Assembly (NCBI GenBank): GCA_000165425.1
Contig: CT868418.1
Coordinates: 186,001 to 250,000, forward strand
Reading direction: 5' to 3'
Length of the DNA: 64,000 nt
Source: Paramecium tetraurelia
Taxonomy: Eukaryota
Shown here in pieces: positions 13,201 through 26,536 of this stretch. Every line of letters begins with the position of its first letter. Positions within the stretch are counted from its first letter, which is position 1. The notes beneath the pieces are model-generated. The model was given only the letters and a program-made list of their open reading frames with translations. It was not told the origin of the DNA and did no database searches. The position numbers were made by a program, and so were the translations under genes.

Positions 13201-16200
13201 AGAATCATAAGGAATAGTGTCAATCTATATTTCTGTATCAACAACTACCAAATCATAACTAATCGTTATTAATTTAATCATTAAGTATTCTTTTTCTATC
13301 ATTTCTACCCAATATACTTGTATTGAATTGTCTTCTCTTACTAAAACATTAGATTGTAAGACTTAAGATTTTAAGGATATTAATTTTATTGAATGTGAGA
13401 AATCATGTTGATTTGTATTTGCAATTAATTGTAGATTGATGTTTAAGAAATAAGAATCCCCTTAAAATGTGACTGTTCCAGAATATATCAATACATCACT
13501 ATCTCCGATTGTTATACTTGATGAAAAACTTGGTAATTCATCAAATGGAGTACTTAAGATAGGATCTTCAGGTAATAGATTAGAAGTGATTGTAGAACAT
13601 AGACCTGATGGATCAAGTTTAAATCCATCTTTGCATAAGTCACAGAAATTAGGTTTTGAACACTTACTGCAATTTGAAGGACATTGAGGTACACAAAATC
13701 CTTCTATTAATTGATATTGATCTGAACATTTAATGCAACTTGTTGATGAAGAACAACTTCTACATTTATTTGAGCACACTGGACTATCTATCAATTCTTT
13801 TAATCCATTGGATCCGAATTTCATCATAAAGATACCTTTATTCTCATCTCCTATTGGTTTCAATCCATCCCAAATAATTAAAAATTTATCATTATTTAGA
13901 ACTGAAATTTATGGATATTCAGGTTGAATTGTTATTACATTAACTTCAAAAGATGGGCCTGAAGGAACTCCATTGATATCAAATATCTATGCTCTTAATT
14001 TTCTCTATCTTGATGTTCCTCTATAGTAATTTTACCAAACAATAACAAAACCATTTGAAGTTGCTGCAATATCTGGATTAATTGCATCGGTATTCAAATA
14101 TTCCACTTCCAAAATTGATCCTAATAAGTTAAGATTAGTGTCAAAAAGTGAGTATTTAATCTTCTCTGATTCTCTCCAACAAAGGACATATTCTTATCTT
14201 GCATTAGATGTGATACTAGGTGAAGCTATCCAAAATATTGGATGAGTTACACTTGCTAACTCTAAACCTTCGAAATCATAAACGGTTGCAGCTAATTGAT
14301 TAGAACGTCTATACACAACAACAAAGTTGAGTCCATTAGAATTAATAACAATTTCATTGTTGAATTAAATATCTGTAATTTGATTTTATCTTCTCAATAC
14401 TCCATCGTTATTAAACAATGATACAAATATAAAATCTTTATAGTCTTTATTATTGACCCATGCAATCACAAATTCATTATTACTCAATCCTTGAACTACT
14501 AATGGTCGATCATAATACTAATAGTAATCGAGAGCCAAATAATCAATAAATGTTGGTGTTCCTATTCTATTAAGTTCTTAATCAAATATCTAGAAATAAA
14601 GTTCAGATTCAAGACTGATATCTCCATCTGCCCAAACTATAATAACATTATTATTAGGTAAAATGGTGACGTCAGGCAAAAATTAGGAGTTCTTTGTATT
14701 AACATTCACTCGAATAATCTAATCGACTGGAACTCCTTCTGGACTAATCAACTATGCATAAACTCCAAAACCACTTCCATCTTATAATTTACTCTACCAA
14801 ACAATAACACAACCACCATTCAAGAAAGAAGCTACTCGAGGTAAATCCTCAGCATAATCGAATGTACTATCTAATTAAGTTTCAATAGGTTATCCAGCTA
14901 AGCTTACACAATTGAAAGAATCATCAATGTAATAATCTGGTAAACAAATATCACATGATAATGGCTATGTACAACTCTTACAATTGGATGAGCATATGGG
15001 TACACATTATTGCTGCGCCAATTAATAATTATCTATACATCCTTAACACTTACTAATAGCAGTACATGATGTGCAAATAGGTAGACATTAAAATTCTTAG
15101 AATTTCAGTCTCTCGCTATTTTAACCAAATCTTGAAATCATTACCTTACCTTTATTAGCATTATTTTCACCTTATTCCAACCAACTAAATAATAAATTGT
15201 TATTCTGTTAAATTATGTAGCTGAATGAACCTTAAATCAAAGATGTAGGAGCTATCAAACCTTAAAACAAATCTACTTTCATCTAGTAATCGTATACGAC
15301 TAATTTATATCTCTTTGAATAGTCAAATTACTAGGAATATATGTAGCATATTTAAGAATAGTCAATTCTAATTATTTTGAAATTTGATTGAAATTTATCA
15401 ATCATTAGGATATCTCCAAATTGTAATAAGTCCAATTAGGTTGATAACCTTATCAAATGATTAAATTCTAGCATAATAAAGATCTCCTTTTAGAATTTAT
15501 TCATTGATCCGTAACTCAAATAAGATGGTATAAAGTCTTTTAGATTTCTTTCATTTTAAATTTACCCTTAGAAATTGTATGTTTAAATCCATGTTTCTAT
15601 AGAATTGTCATCAAAAAGCAACACATAAATATAGTCATCTATTATAATATCACTAATTCTAAATTTAAGGCAACTATTAGATTCATCCAAAAACAAATTT
15701 TATACTTTTTTATCTTTATTTTTAAATATTATTGATGGTACTTACTAGTTGCCTTACAAATCCAAAAGAATTAATTCTTGAGTATTGCAAACAACCAATC
15801 GAGGATTTTGAGCAAATTAATCAATAATTGATTTTCTATCACCAGCTAAAAGTAATATAATACCACCATAATAAGTGTAGAGTTTCATTTTAGATAATTA
15901 TAAGTAAAGATATTCTGACTTTAAGAACTCGTCTAGCTTAATTATAACAGTATTCTATTCAAACTTATCATTAAATTAGAGAATGATTTTTTAATCAGGA
16001 TTTGCTAACAAAACTACAAGTTGATTTGTTTCCTTGTGATATGCCGCTTAAAATGCATCGTAAGTAGGAAATTATAAGTTCATAATGGATTTAGAATCTA
16101 TTATAATACTACCATCAGAAGTGAAAGTCTATACAAATAGCTAACTTGAATTATAATTTAACCATAGATGTATAATTTCACCATAAACATTTTCAATAAT

Positions 16201-19200
16201 CAATGTAGTAGATTGAATATTTTCTTAAAGTACAAATTCATAATTTTGAGTATTATCAATCTCTTTACAACCCAAACCCATTTCATCTAAGTAGTATCTA
16301 TCGTTACAAATATTACAGCGGTCTGACCAATAAGAGCATGAAGAACAATTAGGAATTAAACATATTGGTTGACATTAATTACTACTATTTAACATAAATC
16401 CATCAAAGCATGCATCACAAGATTATTAAATTGTACATCTTTTACATGATTATGGACATAAAATAGAATTGAATGGTTGGATAACCCCATTTCTATTTAA
16501 TTTTTAAGCATAAATTGAATTTTATTCATTCCATGTTACTATAATAGATCCATCTTATAATGGTGTAATGTTAGAATTTTATGGGTATTTGGTTTAAAAA
16601 CTTATAGGTATGAATCCAGATTATTGATTGCCTTGTAAATCAAAATAAACTACTCTGACATCAATATATCTTGAATTAATTTCATTTAATCCACCAAATG
16701 AGATCGCAAAACCATTTGGAATGGCTGCAACATCTGGTTTAAATTCTTTCACGTAATCTAGACCAAAATAGTTGTATTTTATGGATTTAAGATAAGGATC
16801 AATTATGGTATAAACAATTGAATGTCTTTAATAGCTTGGAATTTCTTTGAAATTTGATAATTTTGAATTTGGCTCTAATTTTTAAACCCAAACTAAAACA
16901 ACATTTCCATTTTCTATTTTAGTAATTGATGGCTGCTATCCTAAATATGATTCCAATTCATATGTAGATTAATAAGATAAGCTAGAATCATAAACTTACA
17001 AGACTATTCTGCCAAATTATTAAAATGCGATGAAAATGAAATCTGTAGTTGAAACGATTGAAGGTTCTTTTTTGAGCAAATACTCAAAAAATTAAGGTGT
17101 TTATTCCCAATAACTTAACCACCACCAATAATCTTATTAAAAGAAACCAACATATGAAAACTATAATTCATTCATATTTTAGTCGAATTTCTTAATATAG
17201 ATATCATTGTTTCCAAATAATAAAATTGCTACCTCATCATTATTCAGATATTCAACCGTAGCAAATTTCAAGTTTTTCCATTCTTTCATTTCCTCATATA
17301 CTATAAATTCAGTTCCAACTTTTTACAATGTTTTATCATATTTTTATGCTTTGACTTAGGTACTACCACTTACAAAGTCGACCCAAACAATCAGTATTTC
17401 ATCTAAACTTGAAGTAGAGTAATCAAAATATCCGATATTCACACTTTAAGCTAGGACTATAAGATCACTATTATTCTCACCTCCTGAAGTGTGTAATTAA
17501 CCATGCAACACCATTTAATTTTTCAAAATTTATAGTGTAACAACTAATATTGTTCCATCACTTAAAGCTTTGACTCTTGGTAAGATGTATTCTCTTTCCA
17601 AAGAGGAACCTAGTTACTTTTCCACTATAATATTTGGGTCTGATTGCACACATTCTTAATTATCTTTGATTCGAAATCCAGACTCGCATTGATTGCAAAA
17701 TTATTATTTAGTTCCAGATTTATCACAAGATTGACAATGATCAAATTCACATATTAATTGACATTAATATTAATCATCTATGTAATAATTAGAATCACAA
17801 AGTAGGCATTATTAAATAGAAGTTTTAGAACTAATGCATCTTAAGCAATTTTAACCACAAATTTCTTCCCAAGTTTTTATTTAGTTACATTTATAATCGA
17901 GCCTTTCCAATAGTACAAATAAATTATTATATTACATACCTTAGATATCTAATCTTATTATAGACATCAATAAAATTTTATTATTAAGGTATTTTTTTAT
18001 TATTCCTTATTACATTGCATCCTAATACCACCACCTGTTATTGGATAAAAATTTAACTTCTTTCACTGCTGAGAGTTTTTCCATATTAAAATTAAATGGA
18101 AATAGTTTTAAAGTTTTATAGTTATAATAATATCTGGAAATGTCTGCGTAATATTAAAGAACAAATGACCTATCTAATTGAAGGATTTAAATTAAATTAG
18201 AATTCCAACACGAAAAGCAACAACCTGCACATTCAGAGCTCCATTAAGAGTATAATTAATTTTGAGATATCACTTAATGCTTTATCAATTAAAATTCTTT
18301 ATCAAAGTCAAATTTTATGATTCCAGTCGGAAAATAACTAAATATGATATACTCATCATTATTAGTTTGATATATCTGACTTCTCTATTGACTCCACCAA
18401 TAATAAACAATGTCACTAACTTGCTGATAGGCTAAATTCATATCGATAAACTTAGTTGAAGTTGAATAATCATATTTATCGACTAGAATAACTTAAATTA
18501 TGCTTTATTATGAATCCCACCAATAATATTGTTAATAATTGCTAGTGACTACTAAATGAGTCTCAGTTTCTAGTACAGAAACTTAATTATTATTAAGCGA
18601 CAAGTCCCAATAATAGTCATTATAAACTTTATTTATATTCAAAGGAATATCATTACTTATCTATTAGCCTTTATTATTATATACTCTGAATAATATTTTT
18701 GGACTACTAAATTATTAACCATTATTATCATTCATGTAAGTTACAGCAAATCCTCCGCCTGATAAAGACTTTATTGATAATATATTATTAATATAAGAGG
18801 GCAAATTCCACCAGTAATAATAGTTCCACAATGCAATTGTGACAATATGTTAGCTTTATATTTCCCTACCATTTTAATCATAAATGTGTAACCAAATATT
18901 ATTATTAGAATTCATATTAAAAGATCTGTTTACTATTGCAAAATTACCATTCGACAAAGAAGTAATTCTCATAATTGATTAATCTCCATCTCCACCAGGA
19001 ATGTATTATTCTTCAATTATTACTTCTCCTTAATTATCGATAATCTTAAAATACATTTGTTTACCGTCTTAATAATATATAATGACAATATTTCCATTCT
19101 AAAGAGTTATGAAGTCCTAAATTTAGATATTTTTATCTTCTTGTCCAATTTTATAAAGTACTTGATTTTCGCTAATGATTATTTTATCACATTCGCCTTT

Positions 19201-22200
19201 CTAATTCAAAGTATATCCATTTTAACATTACCTACATACTCCAATCGCCGTCATCCACTCAAAAGGGCATTCTATACAATTTGATGGACATTTAATTTAA
19301 CAAATAGATTTTGTAGAATCAAAATAAAATCCTTCATTGCAGGATTCACACAAATTTTATTTGCTGCATTTATTACAATTAGTTTAACATATAACATTTG
19401 AGATTTTTAATATATTTCCACTTGTATCTAATCTTTTAGCATATAATCCAAAGTCACTGGCATCCCTGTCACTTTTAATATAATAATCTCCCTTTTCAAA
19501 TAAGTTTTGACTCCAAGTTACAACATATTAATAATTTCCAATATATGAAATTTTAATATTTTCAATTTATCCATTATAATCATTTAGTTACTTAATTTAG
19601 CTTGTTGATGAAACCAGATAATTATCAAAATATTAAATTTAAATACTTGAAGTCTCAAAGCGAATATTTCTTTTTGTATACTAAAATCCTAAGACAATAC
19701 CCCCATCAACCTAGCAAAGAGACACTTAATTAACATAAGAATCCGGAGTAATAATAACTTAATCACCAACCTCTTAGAGATTCTAATCAAATCTCTATAT
19801 TGCAACATTATCATAATTTGACCATGCTATAACTAATTAATTTAACTCATTTTTTGTTATGCTATAATAATCATATTATGTATCGAATACTCTTCCATTA
19901 ATTATATCACCTTCTACGCTAAATGTTCTAAGTTCCATCTATCTATTTTAATTCTTCCAAAGTACATAAAGTATGCTATCTATTTAAGTCATTCCAACTT
20001 AGAAATTATAGTTATAGGTTTAACCAATTAATATGGATTTAAACTCCATAAGATTTTCATCAAACAATTTCAATCTAAGATCATAATAATAGTCTTTAAA
20101 TGAACCAAATCCTAAAAGAACAGCTAAATTCTTATTTGATAATTGCAAAATTCGATATTCAACCTATTAATAAATGATATTATTATTAAATAATAAATCG
20201 TTTGTTACTGAATCATATAACACAATTTCATTTCCAATTCTTTCAAAATTAATTGAAAATTTCTACATCAAAACTCTTAAAACATTTGATGGATTACTAT
20301 CTTTCCAAATTACAATGAATTCATTATTTTATAGCGCAGCTACATTTGGATTCTCTTAAGCTCCTATGGCGTCTTTAGTAATTAAAGTTTCTGCTCCTAC
20401 TTTCGAAAATGAAGTGTCAAATAATTGCATATAAATTGAAACACCATTGAAATTTTAATTTTAATCTCTGCTAGTCCATACAACAATAGAATTTTTATTT
20501 GATAAAGTTGCTATATTTTATAATTTTTGATAACCAAATTAATTTGTAGTAATCAATTATTAAGTTAATTCAGGATCTAAGGGTATGCATTCGTGATATT
20601 TATTCAATTAATATCCTTAACTACATATGATTTTATCACCTGTATCACAATAATCTGAATTAACTGGACAAATTTTAATACATTGTTATTAGTTATAAAC
20701 CTAATACCCATCTTAACATTTTAAACAAGAATGATTATTATTACAGTCTTAACAATATTAAGGACAAACAACCTATTATAGTTTCATCTGATTTCCTAGA
20801 TTATCAGTTCTCATCATGAATATTGTTGAATGCCCCCAAGAATTTAATCCAACATCTACAAGAATATAATCCTAATGTTATAGTTATTCAATTTAAAATT
20901 AATAATGTTCATAAGCATAGGATTTCATTTAGGAATAAAAAGACAGACTCCAATGATGATAATCGTCAAATTTATCTACCATTATCTTTTTTTAAGTTTA
21001 ATTAAAATATTATGATGATTTCGAGAAAACAGTAAAAGCAGTAGATTCAGTATTACCAATTAAAATAGGATTTTCTAATTATTCCATAATATAATGTTAT
21101 ATCTTAAAATTATCTGCAATTTTATTTAGATTACTATCAATAAATCCTAACATTATTTGCTTCACATATTCATTATTTTCTAGGATTGATTCACTCCATG
21201 CTAAGACGATATTTCCATTTGTATTTATGACATGAGTTGGAGTATAGATACTATTACCACTGTAATATAATTAAGACTTTTATTCTCCAACATCCTTTTC
21301 TACTCTTAAGGCTTTCAATTTTGTTTCTTCTTATACATATAATATTATGAAAATTTAAGGATTAAAAACTATGATATCCAAATTATTAACAATAGTATTA
21401 TCTTCAATAATTTGTGGATTTTTTATTACTAACGTATCAATTTCATAAATAGTATAGTATCCTTTTGTTTATGAATCTTTATATACAACATATGCAATAA
21501 TTAATCTATTATCTTATCTTCTTAAAACAACTGGCTTTTATTTTTATAAACTTGGTAATTTTACAGTATCTATAGTTATCTCAGTAATTTATTCTTATAA
21601 ATCTTTATTATATATCTAAAGGGCTAATCTACATTAGATATTACAATCTCCCTCAAACCATACTACAGCAAATGAATCATTAGTCAACGTTACAGTTTGT
21701 GCATATTGTCTATCATTTTAGGAAAATATCTATTTTACATCTCCTTGTTTTTACTTATTGCTATCATAAAATTAAAAATGTAAAGTTTAAACTAAATTTA
21801 CTTTATTATTCCATACAACAACAAAACTAGTATCAGAAAAAGCACTTATTGCAACCTTAGTAAGTTTGTAATCTTCTATAGATGCTATGTCATGTTCATC
21901 TACCAAAGTTTAATCCTATTAGCAATTTTATCCATTCAAGTAATATCCAGAATTACAGATATCGCAGGCATCTTTAGACCTACATTAGAAACAACCTTAT
22001 TAACAAATTACTTGGCATTTATTCCCATTCAAATAATAATTTTCAGAACATCTTGAACATTATGTGGTTGTCATGCATGTATCGCAATTGGCCATACATT
22101 TTATAGAATTCAGTGGTATTGGTTTTAAGTGCTTATTATATTAAACTGCATAAATGGTATCTTATGTAGCTTTATCTTACCATGTTATGATGATATTTCC

Positions 22201-25200
22201 ATTTTCTGATAATCCAATTTTAGGATTACTAGGTAGGTTACTAAATGTGGGAATTTACACTGTTTAAATTTGCAATCCTTACTTTGAGAATTATTCTAAA
22301 AATAGGTTACTTTACTTCTTATCTTAATCATATCCAACCCAAATTACGAATATATCATCTTAAACTGAAGCTACATCAATTTGATCAAAACTAATTATTT
22401 ATGATCTTTTAGTGCTATAAATTAAAGAATTATATTAAAAGAATGCTAATTCAAAGCTGTTCTCATATTTTATAATCTGCATTTTAGTTTGAGATGATAC
22501 TATTATATATTAACTATCCTAAGCTACTTCATTGATTCCATCTACATAAAGGTTATATTTTATTTAGGCAAACATGCTGATTGCTGAATTAAATCCATAT
22601 TAATTAATTTAAAATCTTTAATATTGCAAATAAATATAATTTACATCAACTTATATTTTTAGATTTCTTACTCTTTGATCATAAACATGATGTTCATTAA
22701 AAATTTCTTCTTTAATGTCATTGGATTATTAAATAAATATTAATCGTTTCAAATATATCTTGAATACATTAACAGAATCAGTGGTTTCATATACAATAAA
22801 AATATTATAATTGCTATTTATTTCAATGTCATATTCTAATTAATTTCTAAAAGAGTCATAAAAAAGGGAATTCCAAACCACAGTTCTCCACCCCATAACA
22901 AAATTTCCATTTTAATCAAGAATTGCTAATATGATTGAAGTATTTTATCTAGCTGATAAAATGAAATATTCACCAAAAGTCTTGACTTTAGCCAAATCTA
23001 TTTAATCAGAGGAAAATATGTCATTTTTTATTTAAACCCCATGAGAATCAAATACCTTATAAAATGAAATTTATCGATTTCTCGCTGGATCATATTCCAT
23101 CCAAGTTATAATAATATTCCCATTTTTACCAACAGCAATTTATGGTTAGGATTCGCTTTTATTTAAGTTATTTAAGATTTAAAAATAAGAATTTTATTAA
23201 GCTTAAATGCATTGTCTATTATTATTTAGTTAATATCCCTCTTAACAGATCTCACAATAATTTTCTACTTCACAATAAGAACAATTGTCCTAACAGATCA
23301 ATTAACACTTATTTTGACTATCCAACTAGTAGTTATCCTTACATTAAACACAAATCAAGTCATCATCACATGATGAACATGTTTCGTCACATATTTTAAC
23401 AAGCCCAATCAATTAATCATCTTTTATAGAAATTTGTTGAATATATACTTGATTAGTTGCAATATTTGCAGTATTCTTAAATGCTATCATAGAAATGAAT
23501 AAATAATTTAGATTAAAACTTTCTATTTCATAAAATCCAGGTTGAATTGAGTTTTAATTTAATATTTTTTAGGTTTTGATGAGCCCATTTTCTTAGTGTA
23601 AATAATTTAGGGTTTTAAAATTACCATCTAAATGATATTCCACATACAATAATACAAAACTATTAGAATCCAATGCTTTCAATTAAGGATTCCCTTAATT
23701 TTAATTAATCTATGAATAGTACAATACTTCCTCATTCCATCTAAAAACATATATCTTATTATTTAAATCTTATAACGCTATCAGTATTTAGCTTGTTGAT
23801 GGAACAAATGAAATTGATGGATTTTATAGATATCTACAATTCCAATAAGTCTAAAAATTTTAATAATTCTAACTAATTATTTTTCCAAATTAATCTAATA
23901 TAAATAATACTGAATCGCATTCTCTTGACAATAAAACATAAATTAATCCGAAATCATTTACTACAGCATCAAAAATTTTCTTTCTCTTGAAATAATTAAT
24001 ATTTCCAGGATTAGTTTCTCCATAAAAGTTTTAATTTATTAGTTGTCCATTATAATCATAAGTATATGATAAAATTCTTTGATAATAATTATTATTAAAC
24101 CCTCCTTATATAAAAACAGTAAATCCTAGATTTGTACCTAGTACTTTAATGAAACTCTATTCTTGTGTAATTAAGTAGATACTCTCATTTTCATAAAAGA
24201 ATAATTAAGTTGATTTGATTTATTGTAAATCTGATATTTGAAGTTAATCATAGGTTATTCCTATCTTACCTGAAACGTATTTCAACAAGAATAAATGTAG
24301 TACATTTTCTTGATAGAATAAATCAAAATCAATGACATCTACACTATCTAATAATTATTATAAAATTGTTTCACCAATTGTATTCAAAACTTTCAATTAT
24401 AAGAATTACTGACTTTAGTTGTCTTCTTAATAAATTATTACAACTTTTCTATCTGGCAACATAGTGAATTTTACATTTTTTTTAAATGTTGTTTCAGAAA
24501 GACTAACTCTGAATTCACCATTCTGTTAATTGTTATTATTTTAGACACATAAAAATTTATTTGTTAATATGTATCCATCTTGACATATTTCGCATGAAAT
24601 TGAATTTGAGCATTTCTAGCAATCTTAAATACATTAGGGCTAACAGTCATTGTTCACTAAAGAGTAATTCAAGTTACATTATGTACATACATCATTCTAA
24701 CATGTATTACAATTAATTCCACAATCTTCAATATTTAATTATAAGTTTAATTCTGACAAGTATAAATTCTATTTGTATTAAGGTATTAATGTTTCTGGTT
24801 ACCCGTCTATCCATTATACAAAAATAGAATATCTACCTGTTCTTTAGATTGAATATCGATAGATATTTAAGTCTTCATAATTAATAATTCTTTATTAGAT
24901 AAGTTCTAAATTTATATTTTTTAAATGAACTAAATTAAACTAATAATTATATCTGTTAATTCCTACTATAACAAATGAATCCTCCAATGCTTGCAATTCT
25001 ATCAATTCATTCTAAAAATTGAATTAATTTTCCCAAGAAGGTTAACCTGGAATTGTCGTGTAAGAATATGAATAAGAGTCTTAATTGTTATTGAGAATGT
25101 CAGAAAATCTTTGATCATATACATACACAGTTATCCAATTATAAGAGGGTTGAACGACAATAAAATTATTATTAGAAAGGGCTGTAATCTTTGGTTAAAA

Positions 25201-25968
25201 GCTTAGTTCAGAATTATAATTATAATGAAACAATTTAAAAGTTCTTTAAATTTATCCAGTATAATTTAAAATTGTGGCTTAATTATTTGGTGTCCCATCA
25301 ATCTTTTATATTAATACAATAACATCAAGTTAATTTATAGCAATGGATATTTCCTTAGAAAAGATCAAACTGATATCAGTAGTTCTGCTGTTGTCTTAAT
25401 AATCGAATATCAATCCATTCCATATTTTCGATTAATTAGGACCTTTGTACAATACTAATAATTTAGTTTCTTTAATATATTATAGATAATGGAATTCTGA
25501 TACAAAATCCCAATGAACTTCCAAATGAATGTCATTTATCTCTTGTTTTTAAGTTATCGGATCCAAATCAAAATTAATTATTTAAATATATAGTCTTGTA
25601 ATTCCACTTTGCTTTTAAATCCATCCTAGAGCAAATCCAATATTCCCTATTAAAGCCACTTTTGGTCTTATGCATTCTGAATTTGAATCACCAAATTTTA
25701 GTTCTTTTCCAACCTTTTTTTCATCTCTTGTATATTTTTATAAAATAAATGATTTATATTCATTTTCATCCACAAGGGATTACAAAAACAATATTTATTT
25801 GTTGGGTAAAACAATAGTTTGCATGTTTTATTCCACTTAGGTAGAAAATTAGTCAAATTGCCATCTTGTGCTTGACTGACTAGATTCAGCTAAAATCCTC
25901 TGATCCCCTTCTACTAAGCGGCAACCCAATATTAAAAGACAGGCGTAAAATATGAAGCTAACGCGCAT
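10285..25968 (-). CDS. Giant (~5,227 aa) type I membrane surface protein with 11 x (beta-rich/propeller-like domain + Cys-rich furin-like repeats)
   Basis: ATG 25968 with signal-like MRVSFIFYACLLILGC, and TGA 10285-10287. Length 15,684 nt is divisible by 3. The same frame reads sensibly at every spot checked (10.8, 12.0, 13.6, 14.8, 17.7, 19.3, 20.7, 21.9, 23.3, 24.6 kb). CxxC-rich clusters recur every ~1.3-1.6 kb. TM helix LPFYYIIIICLGALFIMGIVAYGVW followed by KYKKRK. Not every codon was checked. Confidence 0.85.
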
Positions 25969-26536
25969 AATTATTTAAATTAATAAGAACTGAAGATATA
26001 AAATTTGATTAAATTACTATATCCAGCACCCCCATATAAAATAATAAACAAAAAATTTGCTTAATAAATACCGAATGTACAAATTAAGTTATTCAGTATT
26101 AGAGTACAAATAAAATATTCTATTTATGAGAAGATGTCCTTTAGAAAAATGAATTAAAGATTTCAATTCCACACTAATATTCATTAAATTAATTGATGTT
26201 TAAGTTGAAGTCTATGTTGTTTTAAATTAGAAGTATTATTTACATTATTGGTCTTCAATTAATGTTATATGATTAATAAGACTTTTTCATCAATATAGTG
26301 ATATATTTCCTAGCTATTTTTTGTTTACTAATTTTTATTTCTGATAATTAATAATAAAAATAATATTTTAATGAAGTTAATCGAATAATTAAGGATATTT
26401 TCAAAACACATGTAAAATAAATAAAGCAAAGCTTCCATCTCTTTTTTGTTTTATTATTCTTTTTTAACTAAGTTACTATGAAAAATTAAAAAGTTGTTAA
26501 ATAAACCTTAGTTAATAGATATATATATAGAAATAT

